From contig CAZKFG010000003.1 of assembly GCA_964551985.1 (NCBI GenBank), positions 3,821 to 67,820 of the forward strand: DNA of 64,000 nucleotides. Reading direction: 5' to 3'. Numbering within the stretch: position 1 is the stretch's first letter; each line of letters starts with the position of its first letter. This document shows positions 29,257 through 38,782 of the stretch, in pieces. This DNA is from an uncultured Acidaminococcales bacterium. Its GTDB lineage: Bacteria; Bacillota; Negativicutes; Acidaminococcales; JAISLQ01. The notes under the pieces are model-generated. The model searched no databases and was not told the origin of the DNA. It saw only the letters and a list, made by a program, of their open reading frames with translations. The translations under genes were made by a program, and so were the position numbers.

Positions 29257-30171
29257 ATGTTTGATCAAGCAGAAAGATTAAGAGAGTTATCAAAGCAGGC
29301 GATAACCGTAAATAAAAATCCCCAAAATTTAAAACCAAATTATCAACCGCGTGTTATAGCAGTAACTAGTGGTAAAGGTGGTGTTGGTAAAAGTAGCTTT
29401 ACTGTTAATTTAGCTTTAGCCTTGGCTAATTATGAAAAAAAAGTTTTGATAATTGACGCTGATTTGGGAATGGCTAACATAGATGTTATGCTAGGTTGCA
29501 GTGCTAAATATAATATGCTCCATATTATTGAAGGCACGCATACTTTTGAAGAAGTGCTTGTTACAGGACCTCGCAATATAAAATTTTTGCACGGCGGTTC
29601 TGGTATCAAAACTCTTACAACACTTAGTAATATGCAGTTACAAAGAGTGATTAACAACATTTTAAACTATGAAGAGAAAATAGATTACGTACTTCTTGAT
29701 ACTGGTGCTGGTATGGGTGAAAATGTAATTAGCTTTTTACTAGCGGCAGATGATATAATATTAGTAACGACACCAGAACCAACATCTTTAACTGATGCTT
29801 ATGCGATTGTAAAAACCTACGCAAATAATAGTGGCAATGCGCCAATACGATTGATTGTAAATCGTGCAGATGGTATAAAAGAAGGTAATATAGTATCTGA
29901 AAAACTAGGTAAAACGATAAGTCACTTTTTAAAAGTTAATTTACAGAATTTAGGTTACATTTATGAAGACGTTTGTGTATCTTCTTCTATAAAAACGCAA
30001 AACCCATTATTGTTGCAATTTCCAGAATCACCAGCAGCAAAGTGTATAATAAACATAGCACATAAAATAGCCTTTGGTTCAGAAAAAATAGAGACAAATG
30101 GTTTTTCTGGATTTTTGAAAAAATTTTTAGAAAAACAAAATTTTATAAAATTCAAAAAGGTAGGTAAATAG
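29257..30171 (+). CDS. flhG: MinD/ParA-type ATPase FlhG (YlxH)
   Basis: It has the deviant Walker A SGKGGVGKSS and a MinD-like fold. It lies directly after flhF. Confidence 0.9.
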   Translation: MFDQAERLRELSKQAITVNKNPQNLKPNYQPRVIAVTSGKGGVGKSSFTVNLALALANYEKKVLIIDADLGMANIDVMLGCSAKYNMLHIIEGTHTFEEVLVTGPRNIKFLHGGSGIKTLTTLSNMQLQRVINNILNYEEKIDYVLLDTGAGMGENVISFLLAADDIILVTTPEPTSLTDAYAIVKTYANNSGNAPIRLIVNRADGIKEGNIVSEKLGKTISHFLKVNLQNLGYIYEDVCVSSSIKTQNPLLLQFPESPAAKCIINIAHKIAFGSEKIETNGFSGFLKKFLEKQNFIKFKKVGK

Positions 30172-30839
30172 TGGCTAATGTAGCGGAAATTTTTCGTATA
30201 AATCAAAAAATCGAATTATCAATTGCTAACACTACCGAGTATTTTTCTAGTAGAGTAGAAGATTTAGTAAATAATGATTTAGTAGTAGCTATGCCAATGC
30301 GAAACTCTATTCCTGTGTATCTGCCGTTAAATGAAAAAGTTTTTGGTAGAGTTTTTGTTAGCGATGGAGTCTTATATTCCTTTGACTCTTCTTTGTTAAA
30401 ATATGTTATGAATCCTGTGCCAATTTGGGTTATTTCTACACCTACAAATATAAAAAAGATACAACTTAGAAATTTTTTTAGACACAATATTAGATTGCCT
30501 ATAAAGTATATTGTTCTCAATAAAGATAATATGCCTATAGAAAGCACCCAAACAGTAGTTATGACTAAAAATTTGAGTGCTGGTGGAGCTTTAATAACTT
30601 TAGCAAATAAAGATGAATTACCAATAGATACTACAATTTGGCTAGAGATACTCTTAGGTAAAGAAGTAATTAGAGCTCTTGCTAAAGTTAGAAGAAAGCC
30701 AATAGAAGAAACTGCAGATGGCAAAAAACTTTATTTAGCAGGTATTGAATTTATGGATATGGAAGAGCAAATAAAAAAGAAAATAATTAGCTTTCTAAAT
30801 TTAAAAATGCTGGATAATCGTAATAGAGGAGTATTATAA
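30171..30839 (+). CDS. YcgR/MotI-like PilZ-domain protein (putative c-di-GMP-dependent flagellar brake)
   Basis: 222 aa. It has a YcgR-N-like half followed by a PilZ domain with intact RxxxR (R100-NFF-R104) and N-x-S-x-x-G (N134-L-S-A-G-G139) motifs. The start is GTG. Confidence 0.8.
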   Translation: MANVAEIFRINQKIELSIANTTEYFSSRVEDLVNNDLVVAMPMRNSIPVYLPLNEKVFGRVFVSDGVLYSFDSSLLKYVMNPVPIWVISTPTNIKKIQLRNFFRHNIRLPIKYIVLNKDNMPIESTQTVVMTKNLSAGGALITLANKDELPIDTTIWLEILLGKEVIRALAKVRRKPIEETADGKKLYLAGIEFMDMEEQIKKKIISFLNLKMLDNRNRGVL

Positions 30840-30880
30840 TCTATAAAAGTTAAGCAATGGGAATGCGAGGTGAACAGTTT

Positions 30881-31912
30881 GTGAAGAAAGTATTAATTGT
30901 AGATGATTCTGCTTTTATGCGGAAAATTTTGATAGATTTATTTAATGAAACTTCTGATTTCACAGTTGTTGATTTTGCTAAAAATGGTTTTGAAGCAGTT
31001 GAAAAAGTAAAAAAATATAAACCAGATCTTGTAACATTAGATATAGAAATGCCAATAATGAATGGTATAGATGCTTTGAAAATAATTATGCGCGATAATC
31101 CTCTGCCAGTCGTGGTTGTTAGCGCACTGACAAAAGAAGGCTCAGAAGAAACCATAAAAGCATTATCGCTAGGCGCTGTAGATTTTGTTACAAAAGATAT
31201 CCGAGATTTAAATATAATAAAGCAAAGTGTACTTACTACTTGTCGGAATGCTCTTTCAGCAAATTTAAAAGAATTACGAGAAACTAATCAAGTACAAAAA
31301 CCAATAAATATAAATGTTGGCGGACAAATAAAGACAAAAGAAAAATTTGTAGCTATTGGAACATCAACTGGTGGACCTAAAGCGCTGCAGGAGGTAATAC
31401 CAAAACTACCTGCAAATCTACCATGTGGAGTGGTAATAGTGCAGCATATGCCGCCAGGCTTTACGAAATCTTTAGCAGATAGGTTGGACTCTATATCTCA
31501 AATTAAAGTCAAGGAGGCTGAAAATAACGATATAATACAAAAAGGGACAGTATATATCACTCCTGGTGACTTTCATATAAAATTTTCTAAAACATTAGAT
31601 GGTTCTGTCAAAATAAATCTCAATAAAGAACCGCCTATTGGTGGTCATAGACCAGCAGTTAATCCAATGTTTGAATCTGCAGCAGAGCTGTATGACTCTA
31701 AATGCATAGGTGTGCTATTAACAGGTATGGGTCAAGACGGAGCTACTGGTATGGTTAAAATAAAGGAAAAAAAAGGTTATAATATAGCAGAAAGCCAAGA
31801 GACATCTATTGTTTACGGAATGCCCAAGGCTGCAGCGGCACTTGGTGTAGTAGATAAAGTAGTTCCTATTTATAATGTAGCTGATGAGATAATCAAAGCA
31901 GTTCTTGAGTAA
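30881..31912 (+). CDS. cheB: Chemotaxis methylesterase/deamidase CheB (receiver + CheB catalytic domain)
   Basis: It has the receiver domain (VLIVDDSAFMRK...DLVTLDIEMPIMNG) and the esterase domain (GTSTGGP...HMPPGFT...GMGQDGA). The GTG at 30881 has the SD GAGGTG 7 nt upstream. The track ORF starts at 30857. Confidence 0.92.
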   Translation: MKKVLIVDDSAFMRKILIDLFNETSDFTVVDFAKNGFEAVEKVKKYKPDLVTLDIEMPIMNGIDALKIIMRDNPLPVVVVSALTKEGSEETIKALSLGAVDFVTKDIRDLNIIKQSVLTTCRNALSANLKELRETNQVQKPININVGGQIKTKEKFVAIGTSTGGPKALQEVIPKLPANLPCGVVIVQHMPPGFTKSLADRLDSISQIKVKEAENNDIIQKGTVYITPGDFHIKFSKTLDGSVKINLNKEPPIGGHRPAVNPMFESAAELYDSKCIGVLLTGMGQDGATGMVKIKEKKGYNIAESQETSIVYGMPKAAAALGVVDKVVPIYNVADEIIKAVLE

Positions 31913-31931
31913 TTTTTGGAGGTGTGGATAA

Positions 31932-33983
31932 ATGGATACAAACCAATACATGGGCATGTTTATGGAAGAATCTAGAGAGCATTTACAAACACTAAATAGG
32001 TGTTTGCTGGAATTAGAAAGCGATACAAATAATATTTCTGTTTTAGATGAGATATTTCGTAGTGCACATACTTTAAAAGGCATGTCAGCAACAATGGGCT
32101 TTACTTGCATAGCAGAGCTCACTCATGAAATGGAAAATGTATTAGATTTATTAAGAAAAGAAACACTAGCTTGTGATGAAAACATTACTGACTTGTTATT
32201 TCGTTGCGTTGATACATTAGAACGACTTGTTGATAGTGCTGTAAATGGCGAAGATAGCGAAGATGTATCAGAGCTTGTTGCTGAGGTAAAACAAACTGCA
32301 GGTGGCAGTAAAGTAGTACCTACAAGCAAAAAAGTTGCTGATACTCCTGTAATTATTCAAAATACTGAAGTAAATCAAGAGGCAATTTCTTTAGTAGAGC
32401 TTAATGAAACAGACAAAAGCATAATAGCAGCGGCTACTGAACAAGGCTTAGTTGCTTATCATATACACATTTCGCTAGATGAAAAATGTGTCTTGAAATC
32501 TGCGCGTGTTTATATGATTATGACTTGCCTTGAAGATTTTGGTGAAGTTATAAAAACAATTCCTGTAGCGGAAGATTTAGAAAAAGAAAATTTTAAAACT
32601 GATTTTGATATAGTAATTCTCTCAAGTAAAGAGGATAAAGAGATTAAGGCGCGGTTGCTTAATATATCAGAAGTAGTTGCTGTTGAAATAAATAAATTGC
32701 CAGATTTTAGATTTGAATCTAGCCAAACAAAAGTAGAAGAAAAAGATAAAGAACCAAGAACATCGGTAATTTCAAAAACACCAGCACAAGCCAAAAAGAA
32801 TGATGAACATAAAGTAAAAAGTGTACAGTCTGTACGTGTTGATATTGATAAGCTGGATACACTATTAAATATAGTTGGTGAAATTGTTATTAACAAAACA
32901 CGTTTAGCGCAAATTGGAATAATGCACAAACTTCCAGATCTTGTCGAAACAATAGAACAAATGGATAGGGTTACAACGGAATTACAATCCATAGTTATGA
33001 AAATTAGAATGGTTCCAATTGGGCAAGTATTTAATAGATTCCCAAGAATGGTTAGAGATATTTCAAGAGAACTACACAAAGAAATAAATCTTATTGTTGA
33101 AGGTGAAGAAACAGAGCTTGATAGAACTGTTATAGATGAAATTGGCGACCCACTAATGCACATTTTAAGAAATTCTGTTGATCATGGGATAGAAAGTGCT
33201 CAAGAGCGGCGCGATTCTGGTAAAAATCCTGTCGGTGAAGTAAAACTTATTGCTTCACACGAAGGAAATAATGTGGTCATAGATATTGAAGATGATGGTA
33301 AGGGTATAAACCCTGAGTTTATCAAACGCAAAGCTGTAGAAAAAGGCGTTATAACTCAACAAGAAGCAGATAAAATGGATGATAGTGAGGCAGTTAAGAT
33401 TATTTTTGCAGCAGGTTTTTCAACAGCCACAACCGTCACAGACATTTCTGGTCGCGGTGTAGGAATGGATGTAGTAAGAACGAAGATAGAAGCACTAGGT
33501 GGAATGGTTGATGTAGAGACCAAAGTCGGTCAAGGTAGCAAATTTAAAATTCGTCTACCACTTACTTTGGCAATTATACAAGCACTTTTAATTAAAGTTT
33601 CTGAGGAAACCTATGCTATACCACTAGGCTCGATTGATAGCACAATTAATATCTTACCATCTGAAATATCAACAGTACAAAATAAGGAAGTGTTCTTATT
33701 AAGAGGACAAATAATACCAATAATTAGACTAGACAAGACCTTGAGTGTACCAAGAGATGAAAATGTTCAACAGACAGAAGAAGAGCTATATGTCGTCATT
33801 GTACATATGGGTGAACAAAAAGCAGGTATAATTGTTGATATGCTTGTTGGACAGCACGACATAGTTATAAAATCACTGGGTAAATTAATGACAAATATAA
33901 ATGTAATAGCAGGGGCAACTGTATTGGGTGATGGCAGTGTCGCGCTTATCTTAGATGTTGGCACACTAATGCAAACTGCATAA
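31932..33983 (+). CDS. cheA: Chemotaxis histidine kinase CheA
   Basis: 683 aa. It has the HPt domain (IFRSAHTLKGMSATMGF), a dimerisation domain, an HATPase_c domain (DPLMHILRNSVDHGIE...DDGKGIN...GRGVGMDVV), and a CheW-like C-domain. Confidence 0.97.
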   Translation: MDTNQYMGMFMEESREHLQTLNRCLLELESDTNNISVLDEIFRSAHTLKGMSATMGFTCIAELTHEMENVLDLLRKETLACDENITDLLFRCVDTLERLVDSAVNGEDSEDVSELVAEVKQTAGGSKVVPTSKKVADTPVIIQNTEVNQEAISLVELNETDKSIIAAATEQGLVAYHIHISLDEKCVLKSARVYMIMTCLEDFGEVIKTIPVAEDLEKENFKTDFDIVILSSKEDKEIKARLLNISEVVAVEINKLPDFRFESSQTKVEEKDKEPRTSVISKTPAQAKKNDEHKVKSVQSVRVDIDKLDTLLNIVGEIVINKTRLAQIGIMHKLPDLVETIEQMDRVTTELQSIVMKIRMVPIGQVFNRFPRMVRDISRELHKEINLIVEGEETELDRTVIDEIGDPLMHILRNSVDHGIESAQERRDSGKNPVGEVKLIASHEGNNVVIDIEDDGKGINPEFIKRKAVEKGVITQQEADKMDDSEAVKIIFAAGFSTATTVTDISGRGVGMDVVRTKIEALGGMVDVETKVGQGSKFKIRLPLTLAIIQALLIKVSEETYAIPLGSIDSTINILPSEISTVQNKEVFLLRGQIIPIIRLDKTLSVPRDENVQQTEEELYVVIVHMGEQKAGIIVDMLVGQHDIVIKSLGKLMTNINVIAGATVLGDGSVALILDVGTLMQTA

Positions 33984-34005
33984 TGTATTTGGAGGTGAGT
34001 TATAA

Positions 34006-34482
34006 ATGCAAAACGAGAATAAAACTATAAGTAGTGAAGATGTAAGACAAAATGAGGAAATACAGCTTGTCGTTTTTAGACTTGCAAATGAAGAGTATGC
34101 TATAGATATAGGACATGTAAGTGAAATAAGAAAAATGATTTCAATTACGCGTGTACCAAGAACTCCAGAATATTATTTAGGTGTGATGAATTTACGCGGA
34201 AGTGTTTTGCCTGTTATAGATTTAAAAAATCGCTTGAATTTACCTAATAGAACAATAACAGAAGAAAGCCGAATAATTATATTAAAGATAGACGACATTT
34301 CTTTTGGTGTTACAGTTGATGCCGTTTCAGAAGTTACTATTATTGATAAGGTTAATGTAGAACCACCAAGCAGTATTGACACAGCAGTTGAGCGCAATTT
34401 TGTTTCTGGTGTTGGTAAAACCGGCAATAGACTGCTAATTATGCTTAACATAAAAGAAATAATAGGCTTATCAAGTGATTAA
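34006..34482 (+). CDS. cheW: Chemotaxis coupling protein CheW
   Basis: A 158-aa CheW domain (QLVVFRLANEEYAIDIGHVSEI...GVMNLRGSVLPVIDL). Confidence 0.93.
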   Translation: MQNENKTISSEDVRQNEEIQLVVFRLANEEYAIDIGHVSEIRKMISITRVPRTPEYYLGVMNLRGSVLPVIDLKNRLNLPNRTITEESRIIILKIDDISFGVTVDAVSEVTIIDKVNVEPPSSIDTAVERNFVSGVGKTGNRLLIMLNIKEIIGLSSD

Positions 34483-34517
34483 TACTTATTGTGCTTATTT
34501 GTTAAAGGGAGTGACGT

Positions 34518-35141
34518 TTGTCAATGAGCGAAATTTTGGATCTCACACCAGTGCAACTAGATGCACTTAAAGAAATAGGGAATGTTGGTGCTGGTAATGC
34601 TGCCACTGCTTTATCACAAATTATCAATAAGCGCATAGACATGAATGTACCAAAAGTTTCTATTCTACCACTTGGCGATATACCAGATATGGTTGGTGGT
34701 CCAGATATAATGGTAGCCGGAGTTTATTTAAGAGTTTTTGGACAAGCTCCAGGTAGTATACTGTTTTTGATGCCGATTAACAGTGCATTTGATTTGGTAA
34801 ATATGTTACTTGGCAAAGAAAAAAATCAAGACTGCACCTTTACAACGATGGATGAATCTGCACTTATGGAAATAGGTAATATTTTAGCTAGTGCCTATCT
34901 TAATGCTCTGTCATACTTTACAAAGCTTACATTATTGCCATCTATACCATCTTTAGCTATGGATATGGCGGCAGCACTACTTAGTGTAATAACGGCTCAA
35001 TTAGGGCAGATAGGAGACCATGCATTAGTCATTGATACTGTCTTTACAACAGATGATGATGGAATAAGTGGCAACTTCTTTTTAGTTCCAGATCCAGGCT
35101 CGTTAGAAACTATACTTCTTGCAACAGGAGTAGAAAAATAA
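34518..35141 (+). CDS. cheC: CheY-P phosphatase CheC
   Basis: It has duplicated CheC motifs: LDALKEIGNVGAGNAATALS and ESALMEIGNILASAYLNALS. Confidence 0.9.
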   Translation: MSMSEILDLTPVQLDALKEIGNVGAGNAATALSQIINKRIDMNVPKVSILPLGDIPDMVGGPDIMVAGVYLRVFGQAPGSILFLMPINSAFDLVNMLLGKEKNQDCTFTTMDESALMEIGNILASAYLNALSYFTKLTLLPSIPSLAMDMAAALLSVITAQLGQIGDHALVIDTVFTTDDDGISGNFFLVPDPGSLETILLATGVEK

Positions 35142-35626
35142 TGCCAGAATTAATAAAAGTAGGTTTGGCAGACTACAAAACTGGAAAAGCTCCTGATTCT
35201 TTAATAACATATGGCTTGGGTTCTTGTGTTGGCATTGCTATTTATGATGCAAAGCATAAAATAGGAGGCTTAGCGCATATTATGTTGCCAGATAGCTCAC
35301 AAGCTAGAGAATCGGAAAATCTAGCAAAATTTGCAGATACCTGTCTACCACTAATGATAAATGAACTTATAAATAAAGGTGCATCTAAAATTAATATGCA
35401 AGCCAAAATAGCTGGTGGAGCACAAATGTTTTCTTTAAATAAAGCAAGCGACATTTTGTCAATTGGCAATAGAAATACAGAGAGTGTTAAGAAAACCTTG
35501 AAAGAACTAAACATTCCTATTATAGCCTCTGATACTGGAGGGACATATGGTAGGACTGTAGAGTTGTTTTTAGATACAGGAAAATATAAAATAAAAACTA
35601 TAAACAAAGGCGAAACTGAAATATGA
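35141..35626 (+). CDS. cheD: Chemoreceptor glutamine deamidase CheD
   Basis: 161 aa. It has the catalytic-Cys context ITYGLGSCVGIAIYD and the motif GGLAHIMLP. Confidence 0.92.
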   Translation: MPELIKVGLADYKTGKAPDSLITYGLGSCVGIAIYDAKHKIGGLAHIMLPDSSQARESENLAKFADTCLPLMINELINKGASKINMQAKIAGGAQMFSLNKASDILSIGNRNTESVKKTLKELNIPIIASDTGGTYGRTVELFLDTGKYKIKTINKGETEI

Positions 35627-36033
35627 TTATGGCTAATCTTTCAAAAATTTTACATTTAAACAAAATTGGGCTTATAATAGTGGCTATAATTGCGCTTACA
35701 GCGATGTTTTTCACACTTTTTTTTGCATTGCAAGGAGGAGTTAGAAGCTATAAAACAATTTTACTTAGAACAGGTATTTCTTTTGTGTTTTTTAGTATCA
35801 TTGGTTATTTTGTAGCGTTTTACTTAGAAAAATTCTTTTTATCCAATTTGCAAATGTATGAGCAAGCTACCAATCAAGTTGAAAGTGACAAAGAAGATAA
35901 TCTATCTATAAAAGAAACTTCACTTGACGATGAAAAGGATTTGGAAACAGAGGCAGATAGCAAAGAAAATGCATATTTAGAAGATGATTCCTTTGACAAA
36001 ATAGTAATTGTGAATAAAGATTCTGACAACTAA
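35623..36033 (+). CDS. Hypothetical two-TM membrane protein with an acidic C-terminal tail
   Basis: 136 aa. There are two predicted TM helices (IGLIIVAIIALTAMFFTLFFAL; ISFVFFSIIGYFVAFYL), followed by a D/E/S-rich tail. The start overlaps the cheD stop (ATGA). I did not recognise a family. Confidence 0.5.
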   Translation: MIMANLSKILHLNKIGLIIVAIIALTAMFFTLFFALQGGVRSYKTILLRTGISFVFFSIIGYFVAFYLEKFFLSNLQMYEQATNQVESDKEDNLSIKETSLDDEKDLETEADSKENAYLEDDSFDKIVIVNKDSDN

Positions 36034-36047
36034 CTTAAGAGGTATCT

Positions 36048-36806
36048 GTGATGATAGATTTAAAAAACGAAGAAGAGCTTATAGCTACTTGGAGAGATTA
36101 TAATCGTACACGCAGCATAGAACTTAGAAATCTTTTATCACAAACATATCTCCCACTTGTAAAAATAGTAGCAGGAAAATTAGCAATAGGATTACCAACA
36201 TATGTTGACAGAGATGATTTTTTAAGTACGGGGTTCTTAGGTTTAATACAAGCAATAGAAAGATATGACATTGAACGTGGAGTAAAATTTGAAACATTTG
36301 CAACAGTTAGGATTAGAGGCTCCATTCTAGACTATTTGAGAGTACAAGATTGGGTTCCTACTTCTGTAAGGCAAAAAGCTAAGAACTATCAGTCTGTAGT
36401 AAAAAAATTGGAAGACAGACTTGGTAGAGTAGCAACAGATAAAGAGATAGCTAAAGAACTTTCTGTAAGCCAAGAGCAGCTTTCCAGCCTGTTATCTGAA
36501 ATACAAGTAACAACAGTTTTACCATTAGAGGATTTTTATAAATATGAAGAAAGTGGTAAAACTATAAATACTAATTTTGCTGAAGTGTTTGAAAAAGCAG
36601 AAGTTAAAGAAACTTTGGCAAAAGTAATAGATAAACTAAAAGAAAAAGAACGTATGGTTATATCGTTATACTATTACGAAGAGCTTACTTTGAAAGAAAT
36701 TAGCTTAGTTATGAATTTATCAGAAGCAAGAATATCACAACTACACACTAAAGCTATCTCAAAACTTAAAGAATCTTTAGTGGATTTAAAAGAAAATTTA
36801 TTATAA
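36048..36806 (+). CDS. sigD: Flagellar sigma factor SigD/FliA (sigma-28)
   Basis: 252 aa. It has region 2 (LPLVKIVAGKLA...FLGLIQAIERYD...FETFATVRIRGSILDYLR) and region 4 (ERMVISLYYYEELTLKEISLVMNLSEARISQLHTKAISKL). Confidence 0.93.
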   Translation: MMIDLKNEEELIATWRDYNRTRSIELRNLLSQTYLPLVKIVAGKLAIGLPTYVDRDDFLSTGFLGLIQAIERYDIERGVKFETFATVRIRGSILDYLRVQDWVPTSVRQKAKNYQSVVKKLEDRLGRVATDKEIAKELSVSQEQLSSLLSEIQVTTVLPLEDFYKYEESGKTINTNFAEVFEKAEVKETLAKVIDKLKEKERMVISLYYYEELTLKEISLVMNLSEARISQLHTKAISKLKESLVDLKENLL

Positions 36807-36821
36807 AAAAGGAGCTTTTCT

Positions 36822-38417
36822 ATGATTAACATTGCAAAAGAAACAATAGAAAACGAAGCAGGTAGATTTTCTCTAGAAATCCGTGATTCCAATGTTTATC
36901 TAACTGTCTACGAAAAATTTGACGAAAACGAAAACCAAAAATTAGTTGATAGTGTCAAGAAAAAACTAAAAGAAATGGAAATACATATAATAGAAGAACG
37001 ATCTATTAATTCTGCTATCGAAAAAATAGATACAGAAACAGCTATTGGCAAAGTTGAAATGCCAAAAGTAAGTATTTTATGTGTAGATAATGATATGAAA
37101 GCAAGTGCATGCATAATGGGAAGCAGTAAGTATGCCCAGTTAACTAAAGACGATGTTATGCAAACTCTTACCAAATCGGGTGTAGTTTTTGGAATAAATG
37201 AACAAGCTGTAGATGATTTGCTTGCACATCCTGGTAAAACATACACAATCGCAGAAGGCAAGCCACCAGTTAATGGAAAAGATGCCGAAATAATTTTTAA
37301 ACAGAAAATAGATGGTGAAAAAGGTAGACCAAAAGAAATTGAAGGCGGTAGAGTAGATTATAAAAATCTTGATTTATTCTCTGCCATATTGGAAAATGAA
37401 ATAATAGCTGAAAAAATACCAGTTGCCGATGGTCAAGCAGGTAGTACAGTAAAAGGCAAAGTAATCCATTTTGTTATCGGTAAAGACAAAAGAATGAAAC
37501 TGGGTAAAAATGTAGTTTTAGAAGGAAACCTTTTTATTGCTAAAACGGCGGGTCATTTACTCGTAACAAATGATAAAATAGAAGTATTACCGGTTTTGGA
37601 AATAAAAAGCGATGTAGATTTTTCTACTGGTAACATAACCTTTCCTGGAAATGTTACTGTAAAAGGGAATGTTCAAGCAGGATTTTTTGTAAAAGCAGAA
37701 GGTTCTGTTGTTATACAAGGTAGTATTTTTGGTGGCATAGTTGAAGGTGAAACAATTGAAATAAAACAAGGTATACAAGGAGTAATAAATTCCTATGTCA
37801 AAGCTAAAAACAATATTGTTGCTAAATTTGTTGAAAATGCTGATTTAACAGCAGGCAATGAAATAATTATTACTGATGCAATATTTCACAGCAAAGTAAG
37901 AGCAGGTAGGAAAGTATCCGTTACAGGAGCTAAAGGACTTATTGCTGGTGGGCACGTATCAGCAGGCGAAGAAATTATAACTAAAAACGTTGGAACGCAT
38001 ATGGCACCGCCAACTGTAGTCGAAGTGGGAATTAATCCTGAACTAAAACAAGAATATATTAAAATTAAAGATGAATACAAAGAATCTGTAACAAAACAAG
38101 AAGGTGTAAAAAAATCTTTAGTTCTAATTAAACCAGAAGAAACTTCTATAATTCCTGAAAATAGACAAGAGCTATATATGAAACTTACTGTAGTAAACTT
38201 CTCTTTATTATCAGCAATTAACAAAGCTAAAGAACGCTTACAAGAAATTGAAGTTGAATTTGACAACCTTACTAATGGTAGAATAAAATGCAGTGGTACA
38301 ATTTTTCCTGGTGTAAAAATGGTTGTAAATAACATAGTTTATCCAGTTAGAGATGTAATGCAATATACTACTTTTTATGTAGAAAATGGAGAAGTTAAGT
38401 TTTCACCATATTCATAG
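36822..38417 (+). CDS. FapA-family (DUF342) protein, flagellar-assembly associated
   Basis: 531 aa. It has a central beta-helix-like repeat region (GNITFPGNVTVKGNVQAGFFVKAEGSVVIQGSIFGGIVEGETIEIKQGIQG...) and a coiled-coil tail, as in DUF342/FapA proteins. It lies after sigD. The assignment is from memory. Confidence 0.65.
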   Translation: MINIAKETIENEAGRFSLEIRDSNVYLTVYEKFDENENQKLVDSVKKKLKEMEIHIIEERSINSAIEKIDTETAIGKVEMPKVSILCVDNDMKASACIMGSSKYAQLTKDDVMQTLTKSGVVFGINEQAVDDLLAHPGKTYTIAEGKPPVNGKDAEIIFKQKIDGEKGRPKEIEGGRVDYKNLDLFSAILENEIIAEKIPVADGQAGSTVKGKVIHFVIGKDKRMKLGKNVVLEGNLFIAKTAGHLLVTNDKIEVLPVLEIKSDVDFSTGNITFPGNVTVKGNVQAGFFVKAEGSVVIQGSIFGGIVEGETIEIKQGIQGVINSYVKAKNNIVAKFVENADLTAGNEIIITDAIFHSKVRAGRKVSVTGAKGLIAGGHVSAGEEIITKNVGTHMAPPTVVEVGINPELKQEYIKIKDEYKESVTKQEGVKKSLVLIKPEETSIIPENRQELYMKLTVVNFSLLSAINKAKERLQEIEVEFDNLTNGRIKCSGTIFPGVKMVVNNIVYPVRDVMQYTTFYVENGEVKFSPYS

Positions 38418-38436
38418 CTAAAGTGGGGTGTAGTTT

Positions 38437-38772
38437 ATGACAATAAGACCAATAGATATGCAAATAATTTTGCCGTACGTAACAGATGTTAGTAAAGTAC
38501 AAGCAGTGCAAAATGATCAGTCTCATAATGCACAACAACAATTTGCCGAAAAACTACAAAAAGAAGCACAAAATAAAAAAGCTAAAGTACAAGAGACAAA
38601 AAGTGGCGAGTTTAGTAAAATAACACGTGATAAAGAACGTGAACAACAAAAAAATAAAAATAGTAATAAGTTTTCTCAACAAAAAGAGGAACAGCAACAT
38701 CCAAAAGAACAAGCAAAAAAAAGAGATGGACTTGATCCTCAAATAGGTAAAAATTTAGATATAAGCTCATAG
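38437..38772 (+). CDS. Hypothetical Lys/Gln/Glu-rich small protein
   Basis: 111 aa. It has a short structured N-terminus (MTIRPIDMQIILPYVTDVSKVQAVQ) followed by low-complexity charged sequence. An SD GGGGTG lies upstream. I did not recognise a family. Confidence 0.5.
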   Translation: MTIRPIDMQIILPYVTDVSKVQAVQNDQSHNAQQQFAEKLQKEAQNKKAKVQETKSGEFSKITRDKEREQQKNKNSNKFSQQKEEQQHPKEQAKKRDGLDPQIGKNLDISS

Positions 38773-38782
38773 AGGTGTTACT

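Noticed and set aside
30203-30724. 173-aa minus-strand ORF opposite the PilZ gene. Similar long antisense ORFs lie at 32510..33163 (217 aa, opposite cheA), 42065..42583 (172 aa, opposite frr), 37886..38335, 27860..28252, 8476..8832 and 63395..63802.
   Set aside because: Each is fully contained within a confidently identified gene on the opposite strand. They have low-complexity or Ser/Ile/Phe-rich composition typical of antisense frames in AT-rich DNA, and no SD.
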